Shown here piece after piece: positions 8,565-16,507 of a stretch of 24,000 nucleotides of DNA. Source of the DNA: Enterococcus faecalis. GTDB taxonomy: Bacteria > Bacillota > Bacilli > Lactobacillales > Enterococcaceae. A model generated the notes under the pieces. The model ran no database searches and was not told the origin of the DNA. It saw nothing but the letters and a program-made list of their open reading frames with translations. The stretch is from NCBI GenBank assembly GCA_051295955.1, contig JBPDWA010000002.1, positions 377,174 through 401,173 on the forward strand, written 5' to 3'. The position numbers and the translations under genes were made by a program. Each line of letters opens with the position of its first letter. Position 1 is the first letter of the stretch.

Positions 8565-8604
8565 TATTAATAATTATTAAATTTTAAATTCTTAATTATT
8601 AATA
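8565..8604. promoter_or_regulatory. Operator-like inverted repeat in the oppA promoter/leader
   Basis: tattaataatta (8565-8576) and taattattaata (8593-8604) are exact reverse complements, 16 nt apart. The left arm is embedded in the perfect palindrome ttaataattattaa (8567-8580). Confidence 0.5.
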
Positions 8605-8618
8605 GCTAGTAAATTCTG

Positions 8619-8633
8619 ATTTTTCAGAAAAAA
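8619..8633 (+). promoter_or_regulatory. Candidate CodY box in the oppA leader
   Basis: ATTTTTCAGAAAAAA matches the CodY consensus AATTTTCWGAAAATT at 12 of 15 positions. opp operons are classic CodY targets in Lactobacillales. Confidence 0.45.
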
Positions 8634-8660
8634 CAATTAATATCTTGGGAGGCAACAGTT

Positions 8661-10331
8661 ATGAAATTGAAAAAGTCAATTGCATTGGGTTGTGTTACTT
8701 TGTTTAGTCTGACAGCATTAGCTGCATGCGGCGGAAACAACAACTCTGGTAGCAAAAATAAAGCAAGTGAAGGCAAACCGAGTGGAGAACAAGTCTTCCG
8801 TTATACCGAACAACAAGAAATGCCAACAGCCGATTTATCAATGGCAACGGATGAAGTAAGTTTTAACACGTTAAATAATGTTTACGAAGGACTTTACCGC
8901 TTAAATAAAGATAATGAAATTGAACCGGCTGGTGCTGCTGAAAAAGCCGAAATCAGCGAAGACGGTTTAACTTATAAATTTAAATTAAATAAAGATGCGA
9001 AATGGTCAGACGGCAAACCCGTAACTGCCAAAGATTACGTTTACGGCTGGCAACGGACGGTTGACCCTAAAACAGCTTCTGAATATGCGTACTTATTCAG
9101 CCCTGTAAAAAATGCCGATGCTATTAGTAAAGGTGAAAAGGATAAATCTGAATTAGGCATTAAAGCAGTCAGCGACTATGAATTGGAGATTTCCCTTGAT
9201 AAAGCTGCTCCTTATTTTGATTACTTGTTAGCCTCTGTTTCTTTCTTCCCGCAACGTCAGGATATCGTAGAAAAATTTGGCAAAAACTATGCTTCTACTA
9301 GTGATACCGCAGTCTACAATGGACCTTTTGTATTGGCTGATTTTGATGGACCAGGAACAGACACAGAATGGTCTTATAAGAAAAATGATCAATACTGGGA
9401 TAAAAACACTGTAAAACTTGATGAAGTGAAAGTGAACGTGGTAAAAGAATCACCAACAGCTCTAAACTTATTCCAAGATGGTCAAACAGATGATATCAAA
9501 TTAACAGGAGAATTAGCACAACAAATGGCTAACGATCCAGCATTTGTTTCTCAAAAAGAAGCATCAACTCAATATATGGAATTAAATCAACGCGATGAAA
9601 ATTCACCATTTAGAAATGCTAACTTACGGAAAGCAATCGCTTATTCAATTGACCGTAAAGCCTTAGTGGATTCTGTTTTAGGCGACGGTTCCATCGAGCC
9701 CAACGGTTTAGTTCCTGCCAACGTGGCTAAAGACCCAAGCGGTAATAAAGACTTTACAAAAGAAGCGGGCAGTAACATTGGTTTCGATAAGAAAAAAGCC
9801 AAAGAATATTGGGAAAAAGCTAAAAAAGAATTAGGGATCACTACCTTGAAGATGGACATCTTAACTTCTGACGCTGATATTTCTAAGAAAACCGTAGAAT
9901 TCGTCCAAGGAGCGATTCAAGATACTTTGGAAGGGATTAAAGTCACTGTAAGTCCGGTACCATTCTCTGTTCGTTTAGACCGCTCAAACAAAGGTGATTT
10001 CTCTACGGCGATTGGCGGTTGGAGTGCCGACTATGCAGATCCAAGCAGTTTCTTAGACTTGTTTGAATCAACAAATTCATATAACCGTGGCCGTTACAAT
10101 AATCCAGAGTACGATAAGTATATTGAAGCAGCTAGCACAACGAATGTAACTGATCCAGAAAAACGTTGGGATGATATGGTAAATGCTGAGAAAACCATTA
10201 TGGACGACATGGGTGTAATTCCATTGTATCAAAAAGCGGAAGCACACTTACGTTCTGCTAAAGTGAAAGATGTTGCGGTACATCCAGCTGGTGCGAAGTA
10301 TGACTACAAATGGGCTTATATTTCAGAGTAA
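8661..10331 (+). CDS. oppA: Oligopeptide ABC transporter substrate-binding lipoprotein
   Basis: Signal peptide with lipobox LAAC (LTALAACGG), SBP family-5 length and sequence, GGGAGG RBS 8 nt upstream. Confidence 0.93.
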   Translation: MKLKKSIALGCVTLFSLTALAACGGNNNSGSKNKASEGKPSGEQVFRYTEQQEMPTADLSMATDEVSFNTLNNVYEGLYRLNKDNEIEPAGAAEKAEISEDGLTYKFKLNKDAKWSDGKPVTAKDYVYGWQRTVDPKTASEYAYLFSPVKNADAISKGEKDKSELGIKAVSDYELEISLDKAAPYFDYLLASVSFFPQRQDIVEKFGKNYASTSDTAVYNGPFVLADFDGPGTDTEWSYKKNDQYWDKNTVKLDEVKVNVVKESPTALNLFQDGQTDDIKLTGELAQQMANDPAFVSQKEASTQYMELNQRDENSPFRNANLRKAIAYSIDRKALVDSVLGDGSIEPNGLVPANVAKDPSGNKDFTKEAGSNIGFDKKKAKEYWEKAKKELGITTLKMDILTSDADISKKTVEFVQGAIQDTLEGIKVTVSPVPFSVRLDRSNKGDFSTAIGGWSADYADPSSFLDLFESTNSYNRGRYNNPEYDKYIEAASTTNVTDPEKRWDDMVNAEKTIMDDMGVIPLYQKAEAHLRSAKVKDVAVHPAGAKYDYKWAYISE

Positions 10332-10494
10332 TTCAAAAATGAACCACAGTGAAATGGATCTGAAACAAAAGAATTTTTACTAGCCTGACCAGTAAAAAAG
10401 CGTGAGGCAAGGAGCGAGTGACTGATACCAAAACAGCACCGCAAGCGTTACTGAAAAAGTAACGCTTAGCTTGTCCTTGTTACGTTAAATTTTT

Positions 10495-10530
10495 AGAGGC
10501 TGGAACACTGCTGTCCCAGCCTCTTGTTAT
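10495..10530 (+). terminator. Intrinsic terminator after oppA (may also serve the convergent minus-strand gene)
   Basis: GC-rich 9-bp stem agaggctgg (10495-10503) / ccagcctct (10516-10524), followed by tgttatcttt. Confidence 0.6.
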
Positions 10531-10536
10531 CTTTAC

Positions 10537-10887
10537 TTATAAAAAGTAAAATATTAGAAAGACTAAAGATGGAATTAATAAGATGCCTCCGGTTTCCAAC
10601 CAAAAACGGCTATGGTCTTTTCCAATGGTGGAAAGCGGCACAAATTCTTTTGGATCATTTTTTCTTTTAAAGCGTAATGATTGTTTCATAAAGCGCTGGA
10701 AATTATCAAAAAATCCTGAGGACATAATCCACAAGGCGATTCCGATAATTAAAAAGAAAAGTGCTACCAAAAAGAAGGTATCCGATAAAGTGACGATAGA
10801 TAGTTCTTTCTTTCCTAACAACAGGTACAGAAAAATACCAATGGTGGAAATGAAGGCCGTTAATAAAGGCCATTTTCTTTTTTTCAT
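10537..10887 (-). CDS. Small membrane protein (DUF3899-like), antisense to the opp genes
   Basis: 116 aa with three or four hydrophobic helices and a FFDNFQRFMK loop. An AGGATGAG RBS precedes the ATG. It lies between oppA and oppB. Confidence 0.7.
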   Translation of the reverse strand: MKKRKWPLLTAFISTIGIFLYLLLGKKELSIVTLSDTFFLVALFFLIIGIALWIMSSGFFDNFQRFMKQSLRFKRKNDPKEFVPLSTIGKDHSRFWLETGGILLIPSLVFLIFYFL

Positions 10888-10967
10888 GGACTCATCCTGT
10901 CTAAATTAAACTATTTCTATTCATTACTTTAACGAAATTTGTTAATGAAGTCAAAAAAATCTCGGAG

Positions 10968-11918
10968 GTGTCATTTTTGAATAGTTTTGGGAAATATTTT
11001 CTTAAACGGGTCATTTTTATGATTATCACTTTGTGGCTAATTGCGACCATCACATTCTTCTTAATGAAATTACTACCAGGAACTCCTTACACAAATCAAG
11101 AGAAACTTAGTCCCGAAACAATTGCGATGCTTAATAAGCAATCTGGCTTAGATAAACCGGTAATTGTTCAATACGGAATTTATTTGAAAAATTTATTAGT
11201 TGGTGATTTCGGTATTTCCTTCCAATTTAAAAACCAACCGGTGGCTAAACTACTTGCAGGTCGAATTGGACCTTCTTTACAGTTAGGTGGACAAGCAATT
11301 ATCTTTGGTACATTGGTAGGAATCTTGCTGGGAGCTATCGCAGCGATGAAACAAAACACGTGGGTTGACACTACTGCAACGCTCTTAGCCATCTTAGGTC
11401 GTTCTATTCCTAACTTTGTCTTCGCTGTTTTGTTGCAATATATCTTCGCTATGAAATTAGGCATTTTGCCAATTGCTATGTGGAACGGCTTTGCCTATAC
11501 AATTTTACCGACGATCGCACTGGCGATGAGTCCGATGGCAGACTCGGCCCGATTTATTCGCACCGAAATGGTGGAAGTGTTGCATAGTGATTATGTAGAA
11601 TTGGCTAAAGCAAAAGGATTAAGCCGTTGGCAAGTTGCATTTCGCCATGGCCTTAGAAACAGTATGATTCCATTGATTACTTTATTGGGACCTTTGGCTG
11701 TTGGCTTAATGACAGGTTCTTTAGTAGTTGAAAATATTTTTGCGATTCCAGGAATTGGGGAGCAATTTGTAAAATCAATCATGACAAACGACTATCCAAC
11801 AATTATGGCTGTAACCATCTTGTATTCTGCAATGTTAGTAATGGTTATTTTAATTGTTGACTTACTTTACGGCTTAATCGATCCAAGAATTCGTGTTTCA
11901 GGAGGTGTGAAAGGATAA
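10968..11918 (+). CDS. oppB: Oligopeptide ABC transporter permease
   Basis: BPD-transporter permease with an OppB-like N-terminus (KYFLKRVIFMIITLW). The track start at 10968 is a GTG sitting inside the GGAGG RBS. The in-frame TTG at 10977, 8 nt after GGAGG, is the more likely start. Confidence 0.9.
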   Translation: MSFLNSFGKYFLKRVIFMIITLWLIATITFFLMKLLPGTPYTNQEKLSPETIAMLNKQSGLDKPVIVQYGIYLKNLLVGDFGISFQFKNQPVAKLLAGRIGPSLQLGGQAIIFGTLVGILLGAIAAMKQNTWVDTTATLLAILGRSIPNFVFAVLLQYIFAMKLGILPIAMWNGFAYTILPTIALAMSPMADSARFIRTEMVEVLHSDYVELAKAKGLSRWQVAFRHGLRNSMIPLITLLGPLAVGLMTGSLVVENIFAIPGIGEQFVKSIMTNDYPTIMAVTILYSAMLVMVILIVDLLYGLIDPRIRVSGGVKG

Positions 11919-12970
11919 TGGAAACGATCAGTTCAAAAAATTTACCACAAGACATCCAAAATATTCCTGCAGACGCTTTCCAACCTTTAAACACTTCAAC
12001 ACTTGAAGAAAGAGAGCGGATTGCCGCACCTTCACTAAGCTTTCTCCAAGATTCCTGGCGTCGGTTAAAGAAAAATAAAGCCGCTGTTGTTTCTATGGCG
12101 TTCTTAGCGGTGATCATTTTTATTTCAATAATTACGATTTGGGTATCGCCTCATAATCCAACGCAACAAAATGTTTCCTACATTAACTTGCCGCCACGGA
12201 TTCCAGGGCTGGACAGTGTCAACGGCTTAAATGGTAAGACGATGGTAGCAGGACAGCTAGTGGACAAATACGCTCAAGCAAACGTACCAGATAATGTGAA
12301 TTTCTATCTGGGAACAGATGGCTTAGGTCGGGATGTTTTAAGTCGTTTGTTTATGGGAACGAGAATTTCCTTGTTAATTGCTTTTATTGCGGCGATTTTA
12401 GATATTACCATCGGGGTTACTTACGGCTTAATATCAGGCTTGTTTGGCGGTCGTATTGATACCGTTATGCAGCGTATTTTGGAAATTCTTTCTGGAATTC
12501 CTAATTTAGTTATCATGATTTTAATGTTGACAATTTTTGATCCGGGGATTTTATCTATCGTTTTAGCGATGGTTATTACGAACTGGATTTCAATGGCTCG
12601 GATTGTGCGGGCTCAAACATTAAAGCTAAAAGATCAAGAATTTGTCTTGGCCGCTCAAACTCTAGGTGAATCACGTCTGAAGATTGCCTTAAAGCACATT
12701 TTGCCAAATATTTCTAGTGTAATTATTGTACAAATGATGTTTAGTATTCCATCCGCTATTTTCTTTGAAGCGTTCTTAAGCTTTATCGGACTTGGTTTAA
12801 GACCGCCAACCGCTTCTTTGGGAACTTTATTGAATGAAGGCTATAAAACATTCCGTTTCCTTCCTTATTTAATGTGGGTTCCAGCCGCAACCTTATCAGT
12901 GGTAATGATCTGTTTCAACTTGCTGGCTGATGGTCTGCGTGATGCATTTGATCCTAAGATGAAAGAGTAG
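11918..12970 (+). CDS. oppC: Oligopeptide ABC transporter permease
   Basis: OppC-type permease (N-terminal extension, EAA-like loop). Its ATG overlaps the oppB stop (TAATG), and a GGAGGTG RBS lies upstream. Confidence 0.9.
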   Translation: METISSKNLPQDIQNIPADAFQPLNTSTLEERERIAAPSLSFLQDSWRRLKKNKAAVVSMAFLAVIIFISIITIWVSPHNPTQQNVSYINLPPRIPGLDSVNGLNGKTMVAGQLVDKYAQANVPDNVNFYLGTDGLGRDVLSRLFMGTRISLLIAFIAAILDITIGVTYGLISGLFGGRIDTVMQRILEILSGIPNLVIMILMLTIFDPGILSIVLAMVITNWISMARIVRAQTLKLKDQEFVLAAQTLGESRLKIALKHILPNISSVIIVQMMFSIPSAIFFEAFLSFIGLGLRPPTASLGTLLNEGYKTFRFLPYLMWVPAATLSVVMICFNLLADGLRDAFDPKMKE

Positions 12971-12975
12971 AGTGA

Positions 12976-14034
12976 ATGACTATGGAAAAAGTATTAGAAG
13001 TAAAAGACTTAAGAATTTCCTTTGATACATTCGCGGGAAAAGTCAACGCGATTCGCGGCGTTAGCTTTGAACTATTCAAGGGGGAAACCTTGGCAATCGT
13101 AGGTGAATCCGGTAGTGGAAAGTCAGTGACGACCCGAAGTATCATGCGCCTATTAAGTAGCAATGCTACAATTGATAGCGGTGAAATTCTTTTTAAAGGA
13201 CAAGATATTGTCCGCAAAACAGAAAAACAAATGCAAACGATTCGTGGTAAAGAAATTGCGATGATCTTCCAAGATCCGATGACTTCTTTAGACCCGACGA
13301 TGCCAATTGGCAAACAAGTCGCTGAATCTTTAATTAAACACAACAAGGTTTCAAAACAAGAGGGCTTAACTCAAGCATTAGAATTATTGAAATTGGTGGG
13401 TATCCCCAACGCGGAAAAACGTTTGAAAAATTACCCTCATCAATTCTCCGGCGGTCAACGCCAACGGATCGTCATTGCTATTGCACTGATTTGCTATCCG
13501 GAAGTTCTGATCGCTGATGAGCCGACCACCGCTTTGGATGTAACTATTCAAGCTCAAATTTTAGAATTACTGAAAGATCTGCAAGAAAAGATCAGTACCT
13601 CAATCATTTTTATTACCCATGATTTAGGTGTAGTAGCCAATGTTGCTGATCGGGTAGCGGTTATGTACGGTGGGCGCTTAGTGGAAGTAGGAACCGCTGA
13701 AGAAATTTTTTATAATCCGCAACATCCCTATACATGGGGCTTATTAGGTTCTATGCCAACGATGGAAGGAACCGAAGACAAACTTTATGCGATCCCTGGT
13801 TCACCGCCGGATTTACTTGATCCACCAAAAGGTGACGCCTTTTATCCACGGAACGAGTATGCGTTGAAAATTGACGCTGAACAAGAGCCACCGTATTTTG
13901 AAGTTTCACCAACTCATAAGGCTGCAACTTGGCTTTTAGCTCCTCAAGCTCCAAAAGTAACACCTCCGGCTGAAATTGTTCGTCGCTGGGCTATCTATGA
14001 ACAGCGCTATAAAAAGACAGGAGGTGCCAACTAA
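12976..14034 (+). CDS. oppD: Oligopeptide ABC transporter ATP-binding protein
   Basis: Walker A GESGSGKS, signature FSGGQRQR, Walker B LIADEPTTALD, H-loop ITHD, and the OppD/F C-terminal extension. Confidence 0.92.
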   Translation: MTMEKVLEVKDLRISFDTFAGKVNAIRGVSFELFKGETLAIVGESGSGKSVTTRSIMRLLSSNATIDSGEILFKGQDIVRKTEKQMQTIRGKEIAMIFQDPMTSLDPTMPIGKQVAESLIKHNKVSKQEGLTQALELLKLVGIPNAEKRLKNYPHQFSGGQRQRIVIAIALICYPEVLIADEPTTALDVTIQAQILELLKDLQEKISTSIIFITHDLGVVANVADRVAVMYGGRLVEVGTAEEIFYNPQHPYTWGLLGSMPTMEGTEDKLYAIPGSPPDLLDPPKGDAFYPRNEYALKIDAEQEPPYFEVSPTHKAATWLLAPQAPKVTPPAEIVRRWAIYEQRYKKTGGAN

Positions 14035-14996
14035 TGGAAGCAAAGAAAAAAGTTTTACTGGAAGTAAAAGGCTTAAAGCAATATTTCAACGTTGGCCGTA
14101 AAGATGAAGTTAAAGCGGTGGATGACATCAGCTTTCACATTTATGAAGGAGAAACATTTGGGTTAGTTGGCGAGTCCGGTAGCGGAAAATCAACGACAGG
14201 CCGGAGTGTGATCCGCTTATATGATCCTACAGCCGGTGAGATTATTTTTGATGGCAAAGATATCAGCAAAATTCGTGCTAAAAAAGATTTGCAGGAATTT
14301 CGTCGAGAAGTTCAAATGATTTTCCAAGATCCTTACGCATCTTTAAATCCTCGCATGAAAGTTAATGATATTATCGCTGAAGGAATTGATATCAACAAAC
14401 TTGCCAACGATGAAGCACAACGGACTGCTAAAGTAAATGAGCTATTACAAGTGGTCGGACTTGATCCAAGTCACGGCACGCGTTATCCTCATGAATTTTC
14501 CGGCGGTCAACGGCAACGGATTGGCATTGCCCGAGCTCTCGCAGTCGATCCGCGTTTTATCATCTGTGATGAACCGATTTCTGCATTGGATGTTTCGATT
14601 CAAGCGCAAGTAGTTAATTTATTGCAAGACTTACAAAAAAATGTTGGCTTGACCTATTTATTTATTGCTCATGATTTATCAATGGTAAAACATATCAGTG
14701 ACCGAATTGGTGTGATGCATAGTGGTAAATTACTGGAGATGGGCTCAAGTGAAGACGTGTATAGTTTTGGTGTGCATCCTTATACGGAAAGCTTACTTTC
14801 GGCAATTCCGCTGCCTGATCCTGAATACGAACGCAATCGTAAACGGATTATTTATCAAGCACCGGCAGCAGATAATAAAGAACGGAAATTACGTGAAATT
14901 ACACCAGAACATTATGTGTATTGTTCGGAAGATGAGGTAATGATCTACCGTCAAAAAATTGAAGCCAAAAAAGCAGCGGCCCAAGAAAGCTTGTAA
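14034..14996 (+). CDS. oppF: Oligopeptide ABC transporter ATP-binding protein
   Basis: Walker A GESGSGKST, FSGGQRQR, IICDEPISALD, IAHD. Its start overlaps the oppD stop (TAATG), and a GGAGGTG RBS lies upstream. Confidence 0.92.
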   Translation: MEAKKKVLLEVKGLKQYFNVGRKDEVKAVDDISFHIYEGETFGLVGESGSGKSTTGRSVIRLYDPTAGEIIFDGKDISKIRAKKDLQEFRREVQMIFQDPYASLNPRMKVNDIIAEGIDINKLANDEAQRTAKVNELLQVVGLDPSHGTRYPHEFSGGQRQRIGIARALAVDPRFIICDEPISALDVSIQAQVVNLLQDLQKNVGLTYLFIAHDLSMVKHISDRIGVMHSGKLLEMGSSEDVYSFGVHPYTESLLSAIPLPDPEYERNRKRIIYQAPAADNKERKLREITPEHYVYCSEDEVMIYRQKIEAKKAAAQESL

Positions 14997-15006
14997 TCGC
15001 TAAAAA

Positions 15007-15048
15007 AGAGACGGAAACAAAAGCTACATAGCCAATGTTCCTGTCTCT
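15007..15048. terminator. Imperfect hairpin after oppF (weak or leaky terminator on the + strand)
   Basis: agagacggaaac / gttcctgtctct stem with one bulge. The T-run is on the minus-strand side (aaaaaa at 15002-15007), and on the + strand it is followed by aaaaatt. Read-through into the downstream gene therefore looks possible. Confidence 0.35.
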
Positions 15049-15303
15049 AAAAATTATTTCAACGCTAACAGTTGCCATATAAGAAAAGGAACATTTTCGG
15101 TGTTTTGCTTGGCTAGTGCTTCAACTACTGGTGTTAAGAATGAATTCCAACGCAAATCTGTGTTACTGATAGGAGCGTAGCGTTGGCATGAAATAGTTCA
15201 GGCTAGATACTTCTGTTTAAGCTCTTGGTCTTCTCAAAAATGAATGGCAATACGACAGTGATAGAGTGGTTGTTTTAACGATCTTGGTAGGGTGGTTTTG
15301 AAA

Positions 15304-16362
15304 ATGAATATTTTAAGGGCTTATAAGTTTCGACTTTATCCCACCTCAGAGCAGGCGGCGTTTATTCAAAAGTCATTTTCTGCGGTCCGACTGGTGTACA
15401 ATTTGTTGTTACAAGAACGCATTAGAAACTATAAACAGTTAAAAGAAGACCCTGGCGCAACGATTAAAATTCCTACGCCGGCTAAGTACAAAGAACGGTA
15501 TCCTTTTTTGCGAGAAGTAGACAGTTTGGCTTTAGCGAATGCACAAGTATATTTAGATCGTGCCTTTAAAAATTTTTACCGCGGACGCGCAGTGGGGTTT
15601 CCTAAGCTAAAACGCAAAAATACTGTTCATTCATATACGACGAACAATCAACATGGGACTGTTAAGGTTATTGATGGCCGCTATTTAAAAGTTCCCAAAT
15701 TAAAGACGCCTATTAAAATAGCAGTCCATCGACCGTTACAAGGCGAAATTAAGTCAGTGACGATTTCCGTAAGCTCTAGTGGCAAGTATTTTGTGGCGAT
15801 TTTATGTGAAGAAAACGTGACGGCAAAACTTAAAACTGAAAAGGTAACTGGAATTTATCCTAGTCATCAAGCTTTTGCTGAACTAGCTTCAGGAGAACTG
15901 TTAGACAGTCATCATTCTCATCGATGGCAGCAACGGTTAACAGTTGAAGAGGCTAAATTGCGTCGGCGCAAGCAACTGGCTAACAAAAAAGGTAGGGACC
16001 TTGCTTATTGTAAAAATTATCAAAAACAAAAGAAAAAAGTGGCCACTATTCGTGAAAAATTGTTGAATCAACGTTTGGATTTCTTAAATAAGGTGACCAC
16101 TTCCTTGATTACAGATTACGATATAATCTGTATTGATGATTTGGAACAAAATAAGTTGGAAGCCAAATCAGCTTGTAAACAACAATTGCTGGATTTTTCA
16201 TGGCCATTATTTATTGCCAAATTGGAATATAAAGCATTATGGTATGGTAAAAAAGTGATTCGCCTTTCTGCGTGTGAAAGTACCTTAGCTACGCAATTTC
16301 GTCATCTTGACAAAGCTGGTATCCAACAATTTTTAACTCAGCAAGCTGCCGACGCTGAATAG
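15304..16362 (+). CDS. tldR: TnpB-family (IS200/IS605 OrfB-like) protein, catalytically dead and C-terminally truncated: TldR-like RNA-guided repressor candidate
   Basis: The N-terminus MNILRAYKFRLYPT, WED/REC-like middle and ...FIAKLEYKALWYGKKVI are collinear with ISDra2 TnpB, aligned from memory. The RuvC-I GxDxG motif is GIYPS (Tyr codon 15856-15858). The RuvC-II Glu position is Asp (IDDL, 16135-16137). The CxxC...CxxC zinc ribbon and the RuvC-III DRD motif are absent. No tnpA is present. The ATG at 15304 is preferred over the GTG at 15292. Confidence 0.75.
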   Translation: MNILRAYKFRLYPTSEQAAFIQKSFSAVRLVYNLLLQERIRNYKQLKEDPGATIKIPTPAKYKERYPFLREVDSLALANAQVYLDRAFKNFYRGRAVGFPKLKRKNTVHSYTTNNQHGTVKVIDGRYLKVPKLKTPIKIAVHRPLQGEIKSVTISVSSSGKYFVAILCEENVTAKLKTEKVTGIYPSHQAFAELASGELLDSHHSHRWQQRLTVEEAKLRRRKQLANKKGRDLAYCKNYQKQKKKVATIREKLLNQRLDFLNKVTTSLITDYDIICIDDLEQNKLEAKSACKQQLLDFSWPLFIAKLEYKALWYGKKVIRLSACESTLATQFRHLDKAGIQQFLTQQAADAE

Positions 16363-16507
16363 GAGAAACGCTCCGTTTTTTATGAACTGTAGGGACGACA
16401 GGGATAGCCTAGGGGATAAAAGAAGATCGGTTGATAGCTTCTGTTTCTAGGAAGTTTCCATCGCTTGATGGAAATGGTTCACTAATTATTTTTTAATATG
16501 CTTATAC
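16363..16507 (+). ncRNA. Putative TldR/TnpB guide RNA (omega-RNA-like scaffold 3' part plus guide). The 5' boundary may lie inside the ORF 3' end.
   Basis: Nested helices are present: cctag (16409-16413) / ctagg (16448-16452) enclose agaag...cttct. A perfect 8-bp hairpin follows: tttccatc (16455-16462), gctt, gatggaaa (16467-16474). Next comes tggttcac (16475-16482), then the AT-rich segment taattattttttaatatgcttatac (16483-16507) immediately before a terminator. Confidence 0.55.

Noticed and set aside
9641-9859. Minus-strand 72-aa ORF
   Set aside because: It is a shadow inside oppA.
10443-10467. 10-bp hairpin aagcgttact/agtaacgctt after oppA, as a terminator
   Set aside because: No U-tract follows on either strand. 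The GC-rich hairpin at 10495-10524 is the better terminator. The function of this one is unknown.
10583-10909. Plus-strand 108-aa ORF between oppA and oppB
   Set aside because: It is antisense to the 116-aa membrane protein, which has a proper RBS, ATG and TM topology. The + strand ORF has no RBS and an implausible composition.
11180-12117. Minus-strand ORFs 11180-11464, 11591-11782 and 11845-12117
   Set aside because: They are shadows within oppB/oppC, with no independent support.
12127-12134. Extra copies of the 8-nt guide seed TAATTATT on the minus strand (rc of 12127-12134 inside oppC; rc of 6651-6658 at the pentapeptide stop)
   Set aside because: Both diverge at position 9 (G). One is inside coding sequence and the other at a gene end. 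An 8-mer of this composition is expected several times per 48 kb of AT-rich DNA.
12954-13346. Minus-strand 130-aa ORF
   Set aside because: It is a shadow of oppD, whose ABC motifs are unambiguous on the + strand.
13751-14940. ORFs 13751-13963 (-) and 14722-14940 (+)
   Set aside because: They are shadows inside oppD and oppF.
15204-15218. Shared gata(g)cttctgttt motif upstream (15204-15218) and downstream (16431-16447) of the TnpB-like gene, as possible left-end/right-end homology
   Set aside because: Only 9 nt are exactly shared, plus a 4-nt block with an indel. A match of this size is expected by chance between two ~250-nt regions, and I could not fold a matching hairpin on the upstream side.
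15292-16362. Active IS200/IS605 insertion sequence (mobile element) carrying tnpB
   Set aside because: There is no tnpA, no identifiable left or right end pair, and no target-site context. The TnpB-like protein lacks the RuvC-I Asp, the zinc ribbon and RuvC-III. It is treated as a domesticated gene, not a mobile element. The GTG at 15292 was also rejected as the start in favour of the ATG at 15304, which gives the canonical M-x-x-x-AYKFRLYPT N-terminus.
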